Part shown: piece by piece, positions 55,830 to 64,000 of the stretch
Position numbering within the stretch: the first letter of the stretch is position 1
Layout: every line of letters starts with the position of its first letter
Position numbers and translations under genes: made by a program
The notes under the pieces: model-generated
The model's database searches: none
Told to the model about the DNA's origin: nothing
The model's input: only the letters and a program-made list of their open reading frames with translations
Source: Paraspadella gotoi
Taxonomy: Eukaryota > Animalia > Chaetognatha
DNA: 64,000 bases
Reading direction: 5' to 3'
NCBI GenBank assembly: GCA_051294375.1
Contig: CM119268.1
Coordinates: forward strand, 14,714,210 to 14,778,209

Positions 55830-58800
55830 AGGAAGTTGTACGTTTTAAGGGGAAGGGGGAATTCGTTGAGTCATAATATAATTTTGACCGAAACCGATTG
55901 ATCCAACTTGTAAGCGAAACCGTCGGCGTCATTTTTTCTTTCTTTATCGAGATTAAAACGCTTTTTTTTTTAGAGAGACGATTCTCGCCGTATTTTCCCT
56001 CACTTTTATTTTGTCTTAGTGGTTCAGGTCATATCTGATCACTTCCTTCGCACATTTTATTTCTTCTCTCGTAAAAAAAAAAAGGTTTTTATTGAACTGT
56101 GATTCGTTTTCACTCTCTCTTTCACCCTCTAAATTCCTGGAAACTCCTTGAATGATTTGTCCACAAATTTTATAATTAGGTCCTTTTATACGCGGTTTGT
56201 GGTCTTCCTTTTAAAAACGAAAAAATCGGAACCACGTGTAAAAAGAGATGATCGACAATCTTTTGTAGTGACAGTATTTTAATTGAAAGGAGATCGAAAA
56301 AAGCGTCCAAAAAAAAATACCACAAATAAAATCTATCTTTTATGTTTTTTTTTTTTTTTGGCGTGGTATCATTTTTGATCCAATTAGTTTTTTTGTTTTT
56401 TTTTTATTAGTATTTCCTTTTTTTGTTCTTTAACGAAACTAGTTAAGCGGGTTGGATAACACGGCTATACTGTATACTGTATAGTAACGTCTTCCGCCAC
56501 TTGCGCAGTCAATAGCGCCACAACTAGTCGATTTAACTTCGTCCTTTTTAGGCGATATTTCGTGGTAGAAACTTTTTTTAGTTTTTTGTTTCGCCCTTAT
56601 AAGTAAAAAGAGAGGCGTGAAATATAAAATACAAAATCTTACGAATATATTGATGTTACAAAATGTTATGTTTTTTCATTTTGTTTTCAAGGTGATACGT
56701 CCTTCATTGTAGTTGATTATAAATGAAAATAAACTGAATTTACTCGATGTTTACAATAAACTTATGCGCCCTTGTTCGTTGCCATGAGAAATTCCTTTGT
56801 TCGTTGCCATGAAAATTTCACTTGTTTCGCCATTGTATTTGTAAATATCTGAAAATATATACCAATGAAAACGTCTCCAAAATTATATTTTTTTTAAAAT
56901 TAAGTAAAATTTAAAGTCAAACAGAAACCACTAATATATTAATAGATAATAAACATGAGGAAATTATTTTTTTTTAAAAATGATGATAAAATCCAAAGAA
57001 AGCAAAAAGAAATGTGAAAATCCTGTTGTATAAAAAAATAGCCTGGCTATTAAAATTAAATAGAAAGGAAATGATTGAAGGTAGGCAAAACTGGACAGAC
57101 TTGACAGTCTCCTGTTCAGCCTTCAGGGTTTATCTTGGCTTGGTCTTGTTCTTTTTTTTTTTTCTGTGAGTAGAGCTTACATGGGATGAAGCGAAGATGT
57201 CAGGTTCATTTGATAAAAAAACAACAGAAGAACTTGGGTTAATATTTAACTTACTTCCGTCATAGATAAGGCAGAATTATAGTAACAAGTTATCAGATAT
57301 ATGTTGAAATTTTAATATCATGCCGAGTATTGAGTAGAACAGTTCGGGTAACATTTTACATTCGCTTCTTATGATTATTTTTTTTATATATATATTTTTA
57401 AGTGGTTTTTAAAGACGCCAAAACCGCGGTCGCCGAAAGTAAAATTTAGCTTAATATATAAACATTTCATTATTATTACCCAACTACCCTTACCCTAACT
57501 CCATAACCCTAAAACCCCCAAAACTTAACCATTTTCAACCCTAAACTCCCTAACTCTAGTCGATCACATGAAATATTTTACCACTTCATTGATAGGGAAG
57601 CCAGGTACTCTGGGAGTGAATAAACAAGGCTGTGAGAGGGTCTTGATTGCTGACCTGCTTTGTCATTATCTTGTAAGAGTGATGGAGGACTTAAACCACC
57701 AAAGCCTGTCCAAAGACGGAGGCAAGATCCCTTATTTATTAAAAGAATGGATAATTTTTATATTGGTTGTATCAATTTCATTATAAATAAAAAGTAAATG
57801 CACCCAACTCAATATATTCGACAAACTAAGGATGACATAAACAATGAAACTTGTTATTTTACGTCTGAGCTTTAAGGTTAGTTTAAGTTTAAGTCTAAGT
57901 TTAAGGTAATCGCGTTATCACTTGCAAATACTCATCTTGAAATTAAGTAAAACAAAATCCACAAAATCACGTATATTTTTCGTCATAATATTGGTAACAG
58001 AATTTTTAAGCGGCATGAGGGTTTGTGAACAAACATGAGACAGGGTCAGTTCGCAATGAAGGCTTTTTTTATACAATTAAACAAACAGATATTCAAAATT
58101 TAGGGAAAAAAATTTCACAATACTTTTGTTTTCTGACCAAGTTGAGAGACAAAAAAAAAAATTAAATCAATCTACAGATGAATTGTCGTGATAAACAACA
58201 GAGCAGCGTCCATGACCTCATTGAGAAGCAACAGGATAAATTATGAAAGAACATTAAACGAATATATCATACGATCGATTTCAACTAACGAAAATCAGCA
58301 AAAATAACTTAATATTTGGAGGCAGATACGAACACGAATAACGTAACGAATTCAACAAGCTTTGTTTTATTACGAAAAAAGGAAGAATGGGGAGAAGGGT
58401 ACGTCTGAGGGGGATCAGAGGGACAACTAGGGGAAAGTGAGAGAATAGAGAACGTGAGCGATGAAGACTAAAGAAGGAAGAGGTTGAAATGAAGAAAATA
58501 AAAGAAATATTCAGCTATGAAGAATGTAATAACAACGATTTGTTATCAGTTTCTAAATTACGCATTAATTGATAAAAAGCATTGAAAAGATACAATTAAA
58601 ACAATAATTTACTTAAAATTACTAAAAATTAAAAAAAAACGAATAGAACCTAAACAAAAAAAGGCAAATCGGCGCGAAATTAAAACACGAATTGACGAAG
58701 CGTTGAAAGAGCTAAGGTCTTTTTCGGTAATATATATATTTTTTTAATAATAATAATAACAGAATTAATTACGCATTGGGATGACTTGCCGGCCTAGAAT

Positions 58801-59045
58801 GATATTTAATTATAAAGCGACGATGAGATTGATTTCTTGTCTAAAGAGGCGCGGGGAATATAAAGCGGAGTCGACGGCGTCGACGACGTCAGCAGCTTCG
58901 ACGGCGTCAGCAGCTGCAACGCCGGCTGCGGCGTTGATCATAACAAACACGAAGATCATGATAAACGAGATGGGAGACGACTTCTTCCATTGAAAAAACA
59001 AAAACAAAAACAAACAAACAATTGGCAAACATCGATTTTCAAATA

Positions 59046-60383
59046 TTATTCCTCCTTTTTTCCGTTTGAATTCAGTCTTTCATCGTTGGCATCGCCAGTA
59101 GCGCCGCCGCCGCTCGCCGTATCGCCGACGTCGCCGCCCTTGAGATCTTTAACGCCTCCGTCGCCGTGATCCACAACGCCTTCTCGCGTCAAAACTCTCC
59201 TGTGCGGCGATTGACCGGCGGCCATCTTTCGCCAAAAGTCGCCGTCGCGCGGCGTTAGTCTCTTGCTCTTTTGTTTGGTCGTCGTCTTTTGCTCGGAGGA
59301 GGAAGAGGAGAGAGAGGAGGAGGAGGAGGAAGAGACTGCCAACTTGCTGGCGACGGCCTTGACTCGAGTCGTCGGATTTTTCAAAGACAATTTATGCTGG
59401 AGTCGACGATCCGGCGGAGGATGCTGTTGAGAATTGGGATGACGATGATGATGATGATTTTGATGGCAAATTTGGTTGAGGGATCCTCCCCTCGTGACGC
59501 CCGGGTCGCTGGCGACGCTCTCCGCGCTGCCGCACCGAGGGAAGGCCACGTCTGCGAAATAGAATGACATTCTTACAAAAACGTAAAAATGATGAAAAAA
59601 AATGACCAAAAAAAAGATTTTAAAACAAAATCGATGGGACAGTGTCCAGTGTCCAGTGTCCACTTAATGCATAAGAGACTCACTGGTCGGAATTTCGAGA
59701 AGGTCACTTTTCTGTTTGGCGCCGAAAAAGTTTTTCTTCTCCGTCAATCGTCGTCGTCGTCGTTTGGCTTCGTCGGCGTCATCGTCGTCTTCGGCGTCAC
59801 CTTCGTCGCCGTCGCGGTTGGATCTCTTCGTCTCTTTATCGCGGACGAGATCGTTGGGATCTTCCTTCGAGCTAACCTCGGCGGCGGCGGCGGGAGATGC
59901 GGGAGCGGCGGCGGCTTCATTTTCGGAATTCGATTTGGCGGAGTGGTTGATGTTAAGCAGCGACCTCACGGCGGCCGGCTGTTGCAGTCCGCGTAGCAAG
60001 GGATGCTGTTGCCACTTGTTAGATTTTGTTCGTTTTTCTAGCGTCTTGCTGCGCACGATGGGGTTTTTAGGGCCGCCGCCGTCGCGGAATGAACGGCGTC
60101 GAACGTCGTCGGCGTCGTCGTGGCTGCGACTCTTTTTATTCCCTTTGCTGTTCTTTTGTTGGTCGACGTTGCGCGGATCGACTGCGAGGGGGGACACGGA
60201 TCGAGAGGCCGGGTCCGCTGGCGCAACGTTCCTCCCGTCGGCAGCGGCGGAGTGAGGCGGGGGATGGAGGATGAGGCGGTGAGGGGGCGGCGAGTAGAGT
60301 GGGGGCGTCGTCGTCGTCGACGTGACCTTCGACTGGCGCTGCCTCTGGAAGCTCGGCGATGGAGGACGACCTCTGATGCTCCT
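59046..60383 (-). CDS. Coding-like two-exon segment immediately downstream of the PCTAIRE stop codon (alternative C-terminal extension or separate gene)
   Basis: Open frame 60383-59684 (RGRPPSPSFQRQRQSK...SDLLEIPT), a consensus intron 59683-59552 (A|GTGAGT...TTCTATTTCGCAG|AC) joining in frame to NVAFPRCGSAES...NGKKEE* (stop at 59046). Confidence 0.55.
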
Positions 60384-60438
60384 TCAATAGTTGGAGACCT
60401 TTTTTGAAGTCAAACGGGTCCCCGATCGCCGTAGGCTC

Positions 60439-63400
60439 CTAGAGCAGCACGCTCTGATGCTTCAACTTTTTCGCAGCCGCGGCCGCAGCCGCCGACGATG
60501 CCGCCGCGGAATCGATCGTGCCGAGACCGACTTCGCCGGAAGTGGAGCGGGTGGCGCGAGCCGGACGAGTGGCGCTTCTGTTGCCGGGAGATGGCCGATA
60601 ACCCACGTCTTTGACGAGGACGATGCCGGGCACCGTGAAGATGGAGTCTGGGAAGAGGAAGAGGAAAGGGGAAAGTCGGGGGAGTAAGGTGGGAGGGGGA
60701 CGGGAAATGAATGGAGAAAGGGGAAGTGATGGAGAGAAGGGGAAGTTGATGGAGAAAGGGTAAAGTGGGGAGGAGGAGGAGGGGGGAGGTAGGAGGAGGG
60801 GGAGGTAGGGAGGAAAAGGGGATGTGATCCAGAAATGAGAATGGGGAAAGTGGGGTTGGGATGAGGGGATGGGAGGGTGGGGATGGGAGGTGGGGATGGG
60901 AGGTGGGAAGTTGGGCGGTGGATAAGGAAGAAAAGGGGAAATAATAGAAAAACAAATGAATGTAAAAAAAAAAGGAAACGAAAAAATGATTACAGGGGAA
61001 AAAAAATTTTAAAAAACGAGTGGAAAACGTGAAAAAGAAAAGCCGGCTACAACTTTCTGGTCAGAATCCACTTTTTCACTTACTCCTCGCCAATTTCGGA
61101 TGAAGAGAATGAGCAGAGTAAGCGAAAAATCACTTACCCGTATCTTTGAGGTCGTGAACCGCTTTGCCGAGACGACGGAAGAATTGATGTCGAAGCGACT
61201 CCGGGGACCCGATCCGCTTCGAGGGGTCGAACCTAAGTCGAGACGGATTGTTTGTTTAGCCAAGTTATGTTTGCTACTTATCAATTTCATTGGTTTTGTA
61301 AAATACTGGGACACTACTGTATAATTTAGTAGTTCACAAAAGAAAATATCTTTTTTCAAGGGAATTACGAAGTTGGTGATCCCTACTATGCCAAACACCA
61401 CGACACACCTGACCATTCGCGCAACACTCTTCACTCTTCAAACAATGCAAGGCGACCAAACCTTAGCAGCCGGTGCAGCAGATCGATCCCTGCGGGGTCC
61501 AGCCGTGGCGCCCGCCTTAGCATCGCCTCAGCTTTATAATCGGGGAATAGATAGGACTCGAACTCAAGAGGTTTGACCAGGGGCTCCCACTCAGATCGAG
61601 CGGGCGTGCCGATCGTTTTGAAGATGAGATGCAGCTGGTCTTCGACTGTGGAGCCTGGAAGAGAAAATAGGGTCGATGGGTGATAAGAACGGGAATCATG
61701 GGACAAAGAAACTTTATTTGTTTTAACGAAACAGTAGCTCAAATATCTTAAAACAAGAAATTTGCGAATTTGAACAAAAACAAAGCAAAACAAAAAGCAA
61801 AGCAAAACAAAGAGAAAAAAAGCGAAGCAAAACTGAAAGCAAAACAAAACAAAAAGGAAAGAAAAGCAAAATACCCGCCGAAGATACCTGGAAAAAGGGG
61901 TTTTCCGGTGGCCATCTCGAAAAAGATGCAACCGACGCCCCAAATGTCTATCGGCGTCGAGTATTGAGTCGAGCCCAGGAGAACATCTGGCGGACGATAC
62001 CACAGGGTCACCACCTGCGAACGAGTACCAAATTTGAAATACGAATGATTTAAATTATTTAAATATACCGTAAAAAGTAGAAATTCGGTTCTTGGCAGCG
62101 TGACTTGATTCGAAACCCTTACCCAAACCCAACCTCTCACCTCGTGGGAGTAAGTCTTGGTGGGAACGCTCTTGGCTCTCGCCAGCCCGAAATCCGCCAG
62201 CTTCAGTTCCCCCATTTCCGAGATCAACAAATTCTGCGGCTTTAAGTCTCGATGAAGGATTTTCCGCTCGTGACAATAGGCCAAGCCTGGCGGAGAAAAA
62301 GGAAATTTCCCCAACGTTAAAAATTGTGATTGTAACTAAACTAACTGTAACTTGCGTTGGTTATAATTGTTTTTAAACGCGTTTTTAAAAATATGTGAAG
62401 AGTTAAAAAAAAATTAAACGGTAAGAATTAGGGATAAAATACTTAGGAAGAAAAGCTGACGCATTAAAATGTAATAAAAATTTGACAAATATTAACGACT
62501 ACGAAGCAGACGACCCGCATATATAATTTATATATGTAATTCAGTTCTAAAAGATGTAGGTTTAAACTTTAAAGATAGATTAAACTCAGAAAAAACGCCT
62601 GCGACCATGACTACGAAACGTCTCTCTCGTTCCGCTCGAAGAGACGCAGTCAAAGGAATTAATGAGTGACGTGACAAGAAACGGACCATCTGCAATCTCG
62701 GCCACCAATGAAGAGGAAATGGAAGGAAAATGGAGGAAAGGAGGACAGGCAGAAAGTGTAGATGAGTGAGAAAGAAGTTTAAAAATATCTAAAAAATAAA
62801 AAAAATAAAAAAGAATTCGAGGTGAATCGTGACGTTAATCTTGACGGAAAACGAGAGAAATAAATTCTCCCGCCGTCGCGACTTTTTCCTCACTTTTTTT
62901 TTATTTATTCAAGTCATTTCCCGTTTTTCTTCTCTTTTCTCATTTCTTCCTTCGTCTATTTTTTTTTTTTCATTTCACTTAGCTAAGGTTTTTTTCCGTG
63001 GCGGCGTCAACAGACGCGCCTTGACTTAATAGTTCTTACGATTCCCCCCGCTCCCGTTTCATTAGTGGGAAAAATAGCGAAAATTTCTTTCAGTGTTCCA
63101 ACTTCAAAGCTCAAGAATGGTCGATTGATTAAACGGGCGTAAGAAGAAAAAAACTTTCAATGAGTACCTTTTTTTATTACTATCATTTAATATCATTCAG
63201 GTTCGGTTAATTCTTTTCCAACATCAATAAGATTATGTAACAGATTATCTGTATTTTTCCACCACAAACAGTTACATAAAAAACTCATTTCACGGCAGTG
63301 GTTTACAAACTCGGTAAACAATTCAAGTCTCGATTGTAATCGAACTCTCTCGAACCAGAAACACAGTGACTTCCGAACTTATTGTTTCCTCTCGACTTTT

Positions 63401-64000
63401 ACCTTCCGAAGTCGTAAAAGTCACTGCAGGTTTTCGTAGTTATCCTCACAAAAATTTTCACAGCCGAATCTCGTTATGGGATTCAATTTCAAATGATTTA
63501 TTTTCGGTTTAAGCGTTTGTCACGAGTCACGAAGAATTTTTCACAAACTGAAAACAAAAAACCCTTTTCTTTACTTTCGCTTTACATTTAAACTAGACTC
63601 GAGTCAACGAGACTTCTTTAAGTTTAACCCTTCGAAATTTCTCTCACATCCTGACTAGAGATTCGTCTTCCCGCGTTTCATCTTTTAACTGCCTCCTCGC
63701 GATTTAACCTTAAATTTACGATTTTTCCGGCGCCGATGTTTTTTTTTTCGTCTTTCGTCGTCGTTTGCTCGGTCGTTAAAAGGTATTTAGTTATTGTACA
63801 AGTATTATAGATTTAACTCTCATTTAACGAATAGGTTCGGAATAGTTTTTTGTCACTTGTTAAAAGGCGAAAGTTGTTTTATCTATCCTACCAACATTTA
63901 TTACTGGTATTTGGGGTCTTACCTCTCAAAAGCTGAAACAGAAAAAGGACGACGTTCTCATAAGCCAACAGATTGCTCCTCTCTTCCATGTATTGCCTGG
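60439..64000 (-). CDS. PCTAIRE-family cyclin-dependent kinase (CDK16/17/18-like), 3' exons; 5' part lies beyond the window
   Basis: Exons: >64000-63923 [25 protein letters not shown]; 62286-62141 [49 protein letters not shown]; 62014-61888 [42 protein letters not shown]; 61654-61462 [12 protein letters not shown]...LHRLLR; 61232-61138 FDPSKRI...HDLKDT; 60647-60439 DSIFTVPG...[10 protein letters not shown]. All junctions are GT..AG and in phase. [24 protein letters not shown] and the QSxL(L/F) end are typical of PCTAIRE. Confidence 0.93.

Noticed and set aside
56771-56830. Tandem ~27-bp repeat containing GTTGCCATG, like an RFX X-box half-site
   Set aside because: The second half-site (RGYAAC) is missing, and the position between two convergent 3' ends is not promoter-like.

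Overview
This is a metazoan genomic window with GT-AG introns, many (GA)n/(GAAA)n/(GAC)n microsatellites and N-gaps. It comes from a draft assembly that looks gap-filled with uncorrected long reads: seven gaps are exactly 25 N and coding regions carry many single-base indels. Recognisable genes are a ~14-finger C2H2/AT-hook gene (-), a CCHC zinc-knuckle gene resembling part of TUT4/7 (-), the last two exons of TMF1 (-), degenerate Ty3/Gypsy fragments (-), an intron-rich alpha-tubulin, the 3' exons of a low-complexity regulator with a DLS motif (+), and the 3' part of a PCTAIRE kinase, CDK16/17/18 (-). The alpha-tubulin lies in a ~13 kb fold-back palindrome with a partial third copy, most likely an assembly artefact. 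The best biological lead is a ~1.3 kb coding-like, apparently spliced extension directly after the PCTAIRE stop codon. I see no clear evidence of a wholly new multi-gene system. All identifications come from motif recognition by eye, not database searches.
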